Source of the DNA: Minisyncoccota bacterium
Lineage (GTDB): Bacteria > Patescibacteriota > Minisyncoccia > Phycocordibacterales > UBA9973
Assembly: GCA_041664285.1 (NCBI GenBank)
Contig: JBAYLA010000001.1
Coordinates: 138,092 to 202,091 of the forward strand
DNA length: 64,000 nucleotides
Reading direction: 5' to 3'
This document shows positions 46,337 to 56,250 of the stretch, piece after piece (the first letter of the stretch is position 1; the number at the start of each line of letters is the position of its first letter). A program made the position numbers and the translations under genes. The notes below the pieces were generated by a model that did not search any database, had not been told where the DNA came from, and saw only the letters and a list, made by a program, of their open reading frames with translations.

Positions 46337-47374
46337 TTACTCTTCGATTTTTGGTTTTTCTACTTCTAGTAAGGCAAGCTCGGGTGAAGTGCCAGCTATG
46401 CGGAGCACGTCCTTATCTATTTTTTTTAGTTCTTTGTTTGAAGCATTGTAGTGATTTACCACTGTGCCTAAAGCATTCCCGAGTTTATTGTGATATTCAT
46501 CATAAGATTTTAAATGTTTCCCTAAGTCTTCCACTTTTTTAATTATTTCTTTTGCCGATTCTTCTATTTTGAGGGCTTTGAGTCCTTGTAAGACAGTTTG
46601 TAAATAAGCGAGAAATGATGTTGGGGAGGTGATAATAACTTTGTATTTTCCGGCTGCGCGCTGGATTAGATTTTCATTTTCTTCTGTGGTAGAGGCACCT
46701 ACTTTATTAGTGAGCAGGTCGTAATAAATAGCTTCATGGGGAATAAACATAAAAGCGAAATCCGTGGTACCCTTGGTTGGCTGGATATATTTCGCTGTTT
46801 CAGTAATTCTATTTTTTAAATCATTTATAAAAATTGTTTCCAGTTTTTTCTTTTCTGTTCCATCTCGTTCTTCTACCATTTTATTATAATTTTCTAATGA
46901 GAACTTTGAATCGATTGGAATGATTTTATCTTTTACGAAGACGACTGCGTCAACGATAGTTTTATCTGGGAATTCATATTGCATCTGATAGCTTCCTGGA
47001 GGTAAGACATTTTTTAAAACTGTCTCTAGGTAATATTCACCCAAAATTCCGCGTTGTTTTGGATTTTTTAAAACATTCTCCAAACTTTGAAGTTGGTCAG
47101 CAAAAGAGATGACTTGTTTATTTGTTTCGTCTAGCCTAGTGAGTCTTTCTGTGACATCGCGAATTATTTTATTTGATTCAGAAGAATGAAACTTCAAACT
47201 TTCATTAACTTGTCTGTGGCTTTCACCGATTTTACTATCTACTGTTCGCGAGAGTTCATTTATTTGGTTTAAAATAAGGTTTAATCCTATATTGTCGTCT
47301 TTTCTACTAAAAATAAAATAAGCAATAATGCCTCCAATAAAAGCTGCTATTATAATGAATAAAGTGATTTCCAT
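46337..47374 (-). CDS. rmuC: DNA recombination protein RmuC
   Basis: N-terminal TM helix, long coiled coil, and the conserved RmuC C-terminal domain (...TTDFAFMFIPHEAIYYDLL...). Confidence 0.8.
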   Translation of the reverse strand: MEITLFIIIAAFIGGIIAYFIFSRKDDNIGLNLILNQINELSRTVDSKIGESHRQVNESLKFHSSESNKIIRDVTERLTRLDETNKQVISFADQLQSLENVLKNPKQRGILGEYYLETVLKNVLPPGSYQMQYEFPDKTIVDAVVFVKDKIIPIDSKFSLENYNKMVEERDGTEKKKLETIFINDLKNRITETAKYIQPTKGTTDFAFMFIPHEAIYYDLLTNKVGASTTEENENLIQRAAGKYKVIITSPTSFLAYLQTVLQGLKALKIEESAKEIIKKVEDLGKHLKSYDEYHNKLGNALGTVVNHYNASNKELKKIDKDVLRIAGTSPELALLEVEKPKIEE

Positions 47375-47389
47375 ATTTTTATTTTATCA

Positions 47390-48106
47390 TTATTTCTCTA
47401 GATAATACTTTAGTGTATAAATCCAATCTTCGTCTATTTGGTCACTCGCAGTCTTTTGTTGAAGGAGCCATTCCAGATATCCTCGGTCTACTTTTAGTAC
47501 TTCTTCTATCTTCTTGCCTAAATGTTTTCCAAAGTTAAAAGACAAGAGGAGTGATGGATGAGAAGAAATTTCTACCATTTTTTCTATTGCCTCATTTTCG
47601 TTCAAGTTTTCTTCTTTTATAATTTTATTTTTTAAACGTTCAAAAAGTTTTTCTAACACCAAAACATCTCCCATCGCGTCATGGGCCGTAGCTTCTACGT
47701 CTAGGTCAAGCAAATAACGCAAGTATTGTAAGTTGTATCGCTCTATTTTACCTTCAGGGTCTAAAAATCTAGCGACTCGGAGTGTGCAGATAAATTTATT
47801 TGGTTTTATTCCTTCTTTTTCTATAACCATTAAGTCAAAAGTAGCATTATGAGCAATAACAATAGAATCTTTATCTTCAAAAAGTTTTTTAATGATTGGT
47901 TGGTCAGTGCTTTCTTTGAAGGTTGGTTTATTTTCAACCATTTTATTTGTTATGTGATGTATCGCTGAAGCTTCAGGGGGTATTTTAATTTTTGGTTTAT
48001 AAAAACCAACAAAACTTTCATCTCCACTTTTGTAAGCAATTTGGATTAAAAAATCTTTTTCTGTATTACCTGTGGTTTCTGTATCAAAAAATATTAATTT
48101 AGTCAT
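47390..48106 (-). CDS. DEDDh 3'-5' exonuclease (DnaQ/epsilon-like) with a C-terminal extension
   Basis: Exo I FFDTETTG, Exo II IAHNATFDL, Exo III HDAMGD. Confidence 0.8.
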   Translation of the reverse strand: MTKLIFFDTETTGNTEKDFLIQIAYKSGDESFVGFYKPKIKIPPEASAIHHITNKMVENKPTFKESTDQPIIKKLFEDKDSIVIAHNATFDLMVIEKEGIKPNKFICTLRVARFLDPEGKIERYNLQYLRYLLDLDVEATAHDAMGDVLVLEKLFERLKNKIIKEENLNENEAIEKMVEISSHPSLLLSFNFGKHLGKKIEEVLKVDRGYLEWLLQQKTASDQIDEDWIYTLKYYLEK

Positions 48107-48145
48107 TTGGTTATTTTAACATATTTTGATATAATAAAAAGTATA

Positions 48146-48246
48146 TAAAATATAATTTTTCGCAGGGGTTTCGTAGGCTGTCGAGCTTTGAACTCCAATC
48201 TTTTTTTCACCAGAAAAAAATCCGTACCGAAGAAAAATTGATATTT
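48146..48246 (+). repeat. 65-nt structured repeat family, copy 3 (diverged 3' half)
   Basis: AAATATAATTTTTCGCAGGGGTTTCGTAGGCTGTCGAGCTTTGAACTCCAATCTTTTTTTCACCAGAAAAAAATCCGTACCGAAGAAAAATTGATATTTT. Confidence 0.7.
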
Positions 48247-48265
48247 TATATACTTTTGCTTATTT

Positions 48266-48718
48266 ATGCTACATGAACAAATAAAAAATGGGATAAAGGA
48301 ATCAATGATGGCGAAAGATATTTTACGCTTGAAAGCTTTCCGGGCGATGTCTGCAGCTTTTACCAATGAACTTGTGGCTAAAAATAAAAAACCACAAGAA
48401 ATGCTAAGTGATGAAGAGGCTCTTGTTGTTATTACCAAGTTGGCCAAGCAGAGGCGTGATTCTATCGAGCAATTCAAAAAAGGAGGCCGAGCAGATTTAG
48501 TCAAAGAAGAAGAAGAGGAGCTTACTATTTTTGAAACTTTTTTGCCTAAACTAATGGATAAAAGTGAAGTAGAGAAAGTTGCCCGAGTAAAAAAGGATGA
48601 GCTTGGAATTATTGACGTCACCAAGAAGGGCATGCTGATGTCTGCCTTGATGAAAGATTTGAAAGGGAAAGCGGATGGGTCAATAGTTAAAGAAGTGGTG
48701 GACTCTCTTTTTGAATAA
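48266..48718 (+). CDS. GatB/YqeY domain protein
   Basis: 150 aa; N-terminal LKEAMKARDKLRL-like block (IKESMMAKDILRLKAFRA) and YqeY architecture. Confidence 0.7.
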   Translation: MLHEQIKNGIKESMMAKDILRLKAFRAMSAAFTNELVAKNKKPQEMLSDEEALVVITKLAKQRRDSIEQFKKGGRADLVKEEEEELTIFETFLPKLMDKSEVEKVARVKKDELGIIDVTKKGMLMSALMKDLKGKADGSIVKEVVDSLFE

Positions 48719-48724
48719 TCATTT

Positions 48725-49330
48725 ATGGATACGATTAATCTTCTAATTGGTTTAGTAGAACATAATCAAGTTCTAGCATATCTTTTTATTTTTATCGGGC
48801 TTATTTTTGAGGGAGAATTCTTTATAATTTTTACCGGAATTTTGGCACATCTCGGAGCTTTGAACTTTTGGTTCTCTCTTTTTTTTATTTTCTTAGGTGC
48901 TTTATCTAAAACTTTTCTTGGTTATGCTTTAGGAGAATGTCTTTATAAAAAATTTCAATACCATAGATTTTTTAAATATATTCAAAAACGAGTTTATAAT
49001 ATTTTACCTAGATTCAAAGCTAAACCATTTTGGTCTATTTTTATTTCTAAATTTATAATAGGTGCAAATAATATTGTTGTTATTTTTTCGGGTTTTGAGA
49101 AAATAAATTTCAAACTTTATTTAAAAGCAGAAATTTTAGCTACGATAGTTTGGGCGCCACTCCTTCTTTCTTTAGGTTTCTTTTTCAGCTATACTGCCTT
49201 ACATATAAGCCGTGAGATTTGGACATTCTCTTTGGTGATTATAGTTTTGTTCATAATATTCACCCTTTTTGATAAATTAGTATCTTGGCTTTATGAATTA
49301 TTTGAAGAATTTTACAATGACAAACAATAA
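48725..49330 (+). CDS. DedA/SNARE-associated family membrane protein
   Basis: ...FIGLIFEGEFFIIFTGILA... re-entrant motif and 4-5 TM helices. Confidence 0.5.
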   Translation: MDTINLLIGLVEHNQVLAYLFIFIGLIFEGEFFIIFTGILAHLGALNFWFSLFFIFLGALSKTFLGYALGECLYKKFQYHRFFKYIQKRVYNILPRFKAKPFWSIFISKFIIGANNIVVIFSGFEKINFKLYLKAEILATIVWAPLLLSLGFFFSYTALHISREIWTFSLVIIVLFIIFTLFDKLVSWLYELFEEFYNDKQ

Positions 49331-50252
49331 AAAATTAAAATTAGTTACACATAATGGATCTTTTCATGGAGATGACGTTTTTGCTTGTGCTACTCTAATT
49401 CTTTATTTAGAAAAAAACAATAAAGAATTTTCCGCCCAAGGCGGACCAGCCTCTGGCTGGGAAGTATTTCGCACCAGAGATCCTGAGATCATAGAGAATG
49501 GCGAGTATGTTTTTGATGTGGGTGGAATTTACGACGAAGAAAAGAATAGATTTGACCATCATCAAAAAGGTGGTGCTGGGAAAAGAGGGAATGGTATAGA
49601 ATATTCGTCTTTTGGTTTAGTTTGGAAAAAGTTTGGAATAGAAATTTGTGAATCTCAGAAAATTTTTGACACAGTAGATAGGAAATTAGTTTCTCCTATT
49701 GATGCTGACGATAATGGAATTGATTTATACAAAAATAATTTTGAAAACGTTTTGCCCTATACAATAAACGATGTTTTGTCTATTTTTTCTAAAACAGCCC
49801 TGGAAGACATAGATAAAGACGAGCAATTTTTTAAAGCAGTTGTTTGGGCAAAAGAAATTTTAAGCAGAGAAATAAAAAGAACCAGTGATCAAATAGAAAT
49901 TACAAAAATTATTCAGGATTTTTATAAAAATAGTCAAGACAAAAGATTGGTCGTTATAGACAAGCCGAAAGTTTCTAGACATGAAATTTATGATGCATTA
50001 CAAGATTTTCCTGAACCTCTTTTCATTGTTTACGGTGATAGCGAAGATTGGGGAGTTGTAGCTATGAGAAAAGAAATAAATAGTTTCAAAAACAGAAAAG
50101 ATTTTCCACAAAATTGGGGAGGTTTGAGAGAAGAAGAATTACAGAAAATTACTGGTGTATCGGATGCAGTTTTTTGCCATCGAGCACTTTTCCTAGCAGT
50201 AGCGAAAACTAAAGAAGGAGCTATCAAATTAGCAGAAATTGCGGTAGAATAA
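49317..50252 (+). CDS. MYG1/UPF0160 family metal-dependent hydrolase
   Basis: LKLVTHNGSFHGDDVFACATL N-terminal signature; conserved H/D residues throughout. Confidence 0.75.
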   Translation: MTNNKKLKLVTHNGSFHGDDVFACATLILYLEKNNKEFSAQGGPASGWEVFRTRDPEIIENGEYVFDVGGIYDEEKNRFDHHQKGGAGKRGNGIEYSSFGLVWKKFGIEICESQKIFDTVDRKLVSPIDADDNGIDLYKNNFENVLPYTINDVLSIFSKTALEDIDKDEQFFKAVVWAKEILSREIKRTSDQIEITKIIQDFYKNSQDKRLVVIDKPKVSRHEIYDALQDFPEPLFIVYGDSEDWGVVAMRKEINSFKNRKDFPQNWGGLREEELQKITGVSDAVFCHRALFLAVAKTKEGAIKLAEIAVE

Positions 50253-50265
50253 CAATTAGCTCATA

Positions 50266-50364
50266 AAATATAATTTTTCGCAGGGGTTTCGTAGGCTGTC
50301 GAGCCGAGAACTTCAAGATTTTTTAAGCTTCAAAAAATCTGTACCGGAGAAAAATTGATATTTT
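50266..50364 (+). repeat. 65-nt structured repeat family, copy 4
   Basis: AAATATAATTTTTCGCAGGGGTTTCGTAGGCTGTCGAGCCGAGAACTTCAAGATTTTTTAAGCTTCAAAAAATCTGTACCGGAGAAAAATTGATATTTT. Confidence 0.75.
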
Positions 50365-50384
50365 GTGAGCTAATAATTAAACCT

Positions 50385-51398
50385 ATGGCATTTATTGATG
50401 AAATGAAAATAGAAGCTTTCGCAGGACGTGGTGGAGACGGAGTCGTGCGTTGGCGTCAAGAAAAATTTGTACCAAAAGGTGGACCCTCAGGTGGGGATGG
50501 AGGCCGTGGTGGCAATTTCTATATTCTAGCTGTGCGTGATGTTCACATCCTTTCTAAATATAAAGCGAAAAAAAGTTTTTCAGCCGGACGAGGGGAAGAT
50601 GGTGGAAACAAAAGTCTTCATGGTGCAAATGGAGAAGATTTTTTTCTCGAGTTGCCAATTGGTTCTATTGTTACGAATCTGGAAACCGATGAAACTTGGC
50701 AGCTAGAAGAGGAGGGGCAGAAATTTATGATTTTGAAGGGTGGTTATGGTGGTTTTGGCAACGAACATTTTAAAAGTTCTACCAACACAACCCCTAAGGA
50801 ATCACGAGAAGGAGCGGAGGGAGAAAAAGGAAATTTCCGAATAGAGTTGGAGCTTTTTGCTGATGTTGGATTTATTGGACTTCCCAATGCAGGGAAAACT
50901 TCTTTATTAAATTCACTCACTAACGCAGAGGGACGCGTCGGGGATTATGCTTTTACTACTCTTGACCCAAATCTCGGAGATTTTTATGGATATATTATTG
51001 CTGATATTCCTGGAATTATTGAAGGAGCATCAGAAGGCAAAGGCCTCGGAGTAAAATTTTTACGACACATTAAGCGTACAAAAATGCTTGCACATTTAGT
51101 TTCTTTTGAGAATTTGTCTAAAGGTACAACTGGAATGATGAAAACTTATAAAGAAATTCGTAAAGAACTTGAAAAATATGATAAAAAATTAGGTCTAGGA
51201 AAAGATGGTCTCTCTTCAAAAGATGAAATAATAATTTTAACGAAATCTGATGTTGTAGAAGATTCGAAAATTATTACTAAAAAAATAAACGAATTTGAAA
51301 AATTAGGCAAAAGAGTTTTTGTAGTTTCGTTATTTGATGATAAAATGGTAAAGAAATTCAGAGACGAGCTAGTAAAGATTTTGAAAAAAGCTAAATAA
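50385..51398 (+). CDS. obg: GTPase Obg
   Basis: Obg fold MAFIDEMKIEAFAGRGGDGVVRWRQEKFVPKGGPSGGDGGRGGN... followed by a G domain GLPNAGKTSLL...DIPGII. Start at M11 of the track ORF. Confidence 0.9.
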   Translation: MAFIDEMKIEAFAGRGGDGVVRWRQEKFVPKGGPSGGDGGRGGNFYILAVRDVHILSKYKAKKSFSAGRGEDGGNKSLHGANGEDFFLELPIGSIVTNLETDETWQLEEEGQKFMILKGGYGGFGNEHFKSSTNTTPKESREGAEGEKGNFRIELELFADVGFIGLPNAGKTSLLNSLTNAEGRVGDYAFTTLDPNLGDFYGYIIADIPGIIEGASEGKGLGVKFLRHIKRTKMLAHLVSFENLSKGTTGMMKTYKEIRKELEKYDKKLGLGKDGLSSKDEIIILTKSDVVEDSKIITKKINEFEKLGKRVFVVSLFDDKMVKKFRDELVKILKKAK

Positions 51399-51401
51399 TT
51401 T

Positions 51402-52832
51402 ATGGCAAATAAGTATTATCCAACAATTGGACTTGAAATTCACGCAGAGTTAAAAACACAAACGAAAATGTTTTGTGGTTGTAAGAATGACCCAGATGAA
51501 GAAAAGCCCAATGTAAATATTTGCCCAGTTTGCATGGCACATCCAGGAGCCTTACCGGTGTTAAATAAAAAAGCGATAGAGAATGTGATAAAAGTTGGAT
51601 TAGCAGTTAATGGAACAATTGCTGACTTTACAGAATTTGATCGTAAGAATTATTTTTACCCAGATATTCCTAAAGGATATCAGATTTCTCAATATAAATA
51701 TCCAATAGTTTCTGGTGGTAAGTTGGCCGAAATGGATATTACTCGGGTGCACTTAGAAGAAGATACTGCGAATAATAAACATGATCGTGGAGACTTCTCT
51801 TTAATTGACTTTAATCGTGCCGGAGTACCTTTAATGGAGCTTGTGACCGAACCTCATACATTTTCGAATGCAGAAGAAGCAGCCAAAAAAGCAACTAAGT
51901 TTGCCAAAGAGTTTCAGTTGATACTTTGGTATTTAGGTGTGTCTGAAGCCAATATGGAGAAAGGTGAAATGCGAGTTGAGGCCAATATTTCTATTTCTGC
52001 AGATCCGAAAATTCTTGGAACGAAAGTCGAAGTTAAAAATTTAAATTCTTTCAGGAGTGTTGAACGAGCTATTAAATATGAGATAGATAGAATGACCAAA
52101 CTTTTGGAAGAGGGTAAGGGGTCAGAAATTGTTCAAGAAACGCGAGGGTGGGATGATTCCAAACAGAAAACATTTTCTCAGAGAACAAAAGAGGGAAGTG
52201 CAGATTATCGATATTTTCCAGATCCCGATTTACCAAAGTTGAAACTCCATGAAGCTTTTGATTTAGAGAAAATGAAAAAAGAATTACCGGAATTACCAGC
52301 AGAAAAACGTGTTAGATATCAAAAAGATTTTGTAATTAAAGACGAAGACATAGAAAGCTATATCAACGACCAAGTGCTGGGTGCGTGGTTTGAAGAAATT
52401 GCAACAATTTTAAATAATAAAGAATTAGTAAAACTTGCTTCCAATTATATAACCTCAGACTATGTTGGTCTTAAAAACTCTAACCCAGAAATTAAACTGA
52501 CTAAGCCAGAAAATTTTGCTGAGCTTATTAAGATGACAAAGGATGGCTACATTTCTTCCCGTGCAACAAAAGATATAATGGGTAGAATTTTTATTCATGA
52601 TGAATCACCAAAGAAAATTGCTGAAGAAAATAACTTACTTCAAACCCATGACGAAGGAGAACTTAAAAAAATAGTAGAGAAGATAATTTCAGAAAATCCT
52701 GACGTGGTTGCAATTTATAAAGCTGGAAAAGAAAACGCTATTATGTCCCTAGTTGGTAAAATAATTAAAGAATCAAATGGTTCTGCTAATCCTCAAATTG
52801 TTATTAAATTGTTAAAAGAAATGCTAAAATAG
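51402..52832 (+). CDS. gatB: Asp-tRNA(Asn)/Glu-tRNA(Gln) amidotransferase subunit B
   Basis: YYPTIGLEIHAELKTQTKMFCGC...NICPVCMAHPG N-terminal GatB signature and a YqeY-like tail. Confidence 0.9.
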   Translation: MANKYYPTIGLEIHAELKTQTKMFCGCKNDPDEEKPNVNICPVCMAHPGALPVLNKKAIENVIKVGLAVNGTIADFTEFDRKNYFYPDIPKGYQISQYKYPIVSGGKLAEMDITRVHLEEDTANNKHDRGDFSLIDFNRAGVPLMELVTEPHTFSNAEEAAKKATKFAKEFQLILWYLGVSEANMEKGEMRVEANISISADPKILGTKVEVKNLNSFRSVERAIKYEIDRMTKLLEEGKGSEIVQETRGWDDSKQKTFSQRTKEGSADYRYFPDPDLPKLKLHEAFDLEKMKKELPELPAEKRVRYQKDFVIKDEDIESYINDQVLGAWFEEIATILNNKELVKLASNYITSDYVGLKNSNPEIKLTKPENFAELIKMTKDGYISSRATKDIMGRIFIHDESPKKIAEENNLLQTHDEGELKKIVEKIISENPDVVAIYKAGKENAIMSLVGKIIKESNGSANPQIVIKLLKEMLK

Positions 52833-52836
52833 GTTA

Positions 52837-53703
52837 ATGAAAACCTTAAGAGAATATATAAAAGAAGCGGAAGAAAAAGGCGTAGCCATCGGGCATTTTA
52901 ATATTTCTAATTTAGAAGGATTTCATGGTGTTTACCATTCAGCCAAGAAATTAAATGTGCCTGTTATCATTGGGCTTTCCGAAGGCGAAGAAGATTTTGT
53001 TGGAAGGAATGAAGCCATAGGAATGATTAAGGAAATTAGGGAAAAAGAAAATTTTCCAATTTTTCTAAATGCAGATCATCACTATAGTTTTGAAAGAGTG
53101 AAACTTGCTATTGATGCTGGTTTTGATTCGGTAATTTTTGATGGTGCTAATTTAAGTTTTGAAGAGAATGTAAAAATTACTAAAGAGTGTGTGGAGTATG
53201 CCCATAAAATTATAAAAGAAACAGGACGAGATATTTTAGTTGAGGCAGAGATTGGCTTTATTGGTTCTGGTTCAAATATAAAAGACACAATTCCAGAAGG
53301 TGCTGGAGTTTTAACTAAACCTGAAGAAGCAAAAAAATTCGTTGAATTAACAGGCTTAGATATGCTTGCGCCGTCTGTTGGAAGTATCCATGGTTTGATA
53401 AAAAGTGGTAAACCACACATTGATGCAGAATTGGTTGCTGAAATAAAAAAGGCAACTGGTATTCCATTGGTATTGCATGGTGGTTCAGGATTGAGAGATG
53501 TTGACTTTACTAATGCAGCAAAGGCAGGAATTTCGATTATTCATATCAGCACTGAGATCAGGTTGTCTTATGACGAAGCACTTAAAAAGTCTTTATTAGA
53601 CAATCCTAACGAAACTACACCTTATAAAATATTACAACCAGCTGTAGATGCTATAGAAAAAGTAGTAGAAAACAGATTGAAACTTTTTAACGGAATAGAA
53701 TAA
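52837..53703 (+). CDS. fba: class II fructose-bisphosphate aldolase family protein
   Basis: ...LNADHHYSFE...VIFDG...HGGSG... class II aldolase motifs. Confidence 0.85.
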   Translation: MKTLREYIKEAEEKGVAIGHFNISNLEGFHGVYHSAKKLNVPVIIGLSEGEEDFVGRNEAIGMIKEIREKENFPIFLNADHHYSFERVKLAIDAGFDSVIFDGANLSFEENVKITKECVEYAHKIIKETGRDILVEAEIGFIGSGSNIKDTIPEGAGVLTKPEEAKKFVELTGLDMLAPSVGSIHGLIKSGKPHIDAELVAEIKKATGIPLVLHGGSGLRDVDFTNAAKAGISIIHISTEIRLSYDEALKKSLLDNPNETTPYKILQPAVDAIEKVVENRLKLFNGIE

Positions 53704-55434
53704 ATGAAAGAATCTAAAACTCCTAAATTTGACGCATTGATAGATAAAATTTTAGATGAATTAATTCCTCACGTTAGAATTTGCCCAGATTGCAAAAAAG
53801 AATTTAAGATTGAAAATGATGACATTGTGTTTTATAGAATATTTCGAGTTCCTCCATCTAAGCTTTGCCCTAATTGTCGCCAGAAACGTCGATTGGCCTA
53901 CGCTAATTATTCAAGTATTTATAAACGTAAGTGTGATGTTCCTGGTCACTCAGATATTATGATTTCACCTGTGGCACCTGTGATGCCTTGGATTACTTAT
54001 GATTATGAGACATATTATTCTGATGTTTGGGACCCATTTTCTTATGGGAAAGATGTAAAACAAGGAGAATCTTTTTTTGATCAATTTTTAAATTTATTGA
54101 AAGTTATTCCTCAGCCAGGAGTGCGTCGTGGTGAAAATTCTCCCAATTCTGATTTTAGTTTTTATGGGAAAAACATGAAAGATTGCTATTATGTTTTTGG
54201 TGGACGATATTCAGAAGATGTTATGTTTTCTTCCTCAATTTATCGTTCAAAACATGTTTTAGATTCTTACTCTGTTTACGATGTTGATACTGTTTTTAAT
54301 AACATTGGCACCAATGGAAGTTATAAAACAAACTACGCATATTTTTCTTCAAATTGTATTGATTGTGATTTTATTTTTGATTGTCGAAATTGTCAGAATT
54401 GTTTCGGTTGCGTGAATTTACGCAATAAGAATTATTGTTATTTTAATGAACAATTAACTAAAGAGGAATATAAAACAAAAAGAAAAAATATAGATTTAGG
54501 TAGTATTAAAACAGCGAAAGAATATCAAGAAAAATTTTTCAACTTTCTTAAAGAAAACTCCATTCGAGCTGTCAGAATTTCTCAATCAAATAATTGCTTC
54601 GGTGAAGATATTCGTAAGTCCAATAATTGTCAGCATTGTTATCAAGTTGAAGAATCAGAAAATTTAAAATATGCATCTTTTGCGATTGTTCTTTTAAGAG
54701 ACTCTATGGACGTAGGGCATTCTGGAGGAGCAGAGAAAATATATTATTCACAAAATTGTGGTACTAAATCTTCTAATATTAAATTTTCTTTTGCTATAAA
54801 AGAATCAATAGATTGCGAGTATATTATGTCTTCAAAAAATTGCACTAATTGTTTTGGCTGTGTAGGACTTCAGAATGCTTCATATTGCATATTTAATAAA
54901 AAGTATTCCCCAGATGAATACTGGAAAATTTTAGATGAAATTAAAAGTACGATGTTAATAAGTGGAGATTACGGAGAATTTTTTCCAATGTCTTTTGCTC
55001 CTTGTGCCTATAATAGTTCCTTGGCAAATATTTTATATCCAATGACGGAAGAAGAAGCAAAGTCAAATGGAGTTTTTTGGCAACAAGATACCAATGTTGA
55101 TTTAAAAGATCTGAAAAGCATTCCTGCAAGTGATTTGCCCGACAATGTAGATGATGTTACGGAAAGTCTTTATCAGAATGCGATTATAGGGTATTTTTCA
55201 AAAAAACCATTTAAAATTATTCCTAGAGAAGTTGCATTTTATAAAAAGAATAGATTACCACTTCCGACGGATACGCCTTATCAACGTACAATTGATAGAT
55301 TTAAATTTTTAAATAATTTTCAAGTTTATCCAGAAAATTGTTTTTCTTGCAATAAAGAAATTGAATCATCTTTTAGAAAAGTTGATGGATATAAACCTCT
55401 TTGTGAACAATGTTATCAGAGAGAAATTTTATAG
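53704..55434 (+). CDS. large cysteine-rich protein, paralog 3 (more diverged)
   Basis: N-terminal CPDCKKEFKIENDDIVFYRIFRVPPSKLCPNCRQKRRL; CRNCQNCFGCVNLRNKNYCYFNEQLTKEEYK and CTNCFGCVGLQNASYCIFNKKYSPDEY blocks; the C-terminal ribbon is partly degenerate. Confidence 0.7.
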   Translation: MKESKTPKFDALIDKILDELIPHVRICPDCKKEFKIENDDIVFYRIFRVPPSKLCPNCRQKRRLAYANYSSIYKRKCDVPGHSDIMISPVAPVMPWITYDYETYYSDVWDPFSYGKDVKQGESFFDQFLNLLKVIPQPGVRRGENSPNSDFSFYGKNMKDCYYVFGGRYSEDVMFSSSIYRSKHVLDSYSVYDVDTVFNNIGTNGSYKTNYAYFSSNCIDCDFIFDCRNCQNCFGCVNLRNKNYCYFNEQLTKEEYKTKRKNIDLGSIKTAKEYQEKFFNFLKENSIRAVRISQSNNCFGEDIRKSNNCQHCYQVEESENLKYASFAIVLLRDSMDVGHSGGAEKIYYSQNCGTKSSNIKFSFAIKESIDCEYIMSSKNCTNCFGCVGLQNASYCIFNKKYSPDEYWKILDEIKSTMLISGDYGEFFPMSFAPCAYNSSLANILYPMTEEEAKSNGVFWQQDTNVDLKDLKSIPASDLPDNVDDVTESLYQNAIIGYFSKKPFKIIPREVAFYKKNRLPLPTDTPYQRTIDRFKFLNNFQVYPENCFSCNKEIESSFRKVDGYKPLCEQCYQREIL

Positions 55435-55520
55435 TTTAAATTTGCTTTTTTGTCATTTTTATATATACCCGTACACTTATTCGAATGATATTACATCAGG
55501 TTATTTTTGACTTTTAATAA

Positions 55521-56219
55521 GTGTTCGGGTATACTATCCTTATGTTTATAATTAAAGCTACAAAGAGAGAGGCAGGTGTTAAATTAGATAGTTTGAGAAA
55601 AGAGGGAGAAATCCCGGCTGTTTTTTATGGAGCGGGCAAAGAGACAACTTCTATTTCAGTTTCAATCGTTGATTTCAAGAAAGTCTGGCGAGAGGCAGGA
55701 GAATCTTCAGCTGTTAAAATTGAAATGTTAAATAGTAATATTGATGTGCTTATTCATGAAGTACAAGTTGACCCAATAACTAGTGAGCCAATTCATGTGG
55801 ACTTTTTAGCAATCGATATGAAAAAGAAAATTCGTGTTCACATCCCACTTGAATTTGAGGGTATCTCTGCTGCAGTTAAAAGTGGACTTGGAAATCTTGT
55901 TAAGGTTATCCATGAGCTTGAAATTGAAGCACTTCCTTCCGACTTACCTCACAATCTTGTTGTTGATCTTTCTAAACTAAACACACTCGATGATCAAATC
56001 TTTGTTTCTGATATTAAACTTCCTACTGGAGTTGCTGTTATTAACGAACCAACTGAAGTTGTAGTTTCTGTTGTTGAACAAGTGGAAGAAAAAGAAGAAG
56101 TTGCCGCCCCAGTTGATCTATCTGCTATTGAAGTTGAAAAGAAAGGCAAAAAAGACGAGGAAGGGGCTGAAGGAGTTGCACCTACAGCAGCAGAAGAGAA
56201 AAAGACGGAAAAAAAATAA
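55521..56219 (+). CDS. rplY: 50S ribosomal protein bL25 (general stress protein Ctc form)
   Basis: ...IKATKREAGVKLDSLRKEGEIPAVFYG... plus an acidic C-terminal tail; the real start may be the ATG at about 55542. Confidence 0.8.
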   Translation: MFGYTILMFIIKATKREAGVKLDSLRKEGEIPAVFYGAGKETTSISVSIVDFKKVWREAGESSAVKIEMLNSNIDVLIHEVQVDPITSEPIHVDFLAIDMKKKIRVHIPLEFEGISAAVKSGLGNLVKVIHELEIEALPSDLPHNLVVDLSKLNTLDDQIFVSDIKLPTGVAVINEPTEVVVSVVEQVEEKEEVAAPVDLSAIEVEKKGKKDEEGAEGVAPTAAEEKKTEKK

Positions 56220-56250
56220 CCTTATTCTCAAATATGATATAATAAAGACT

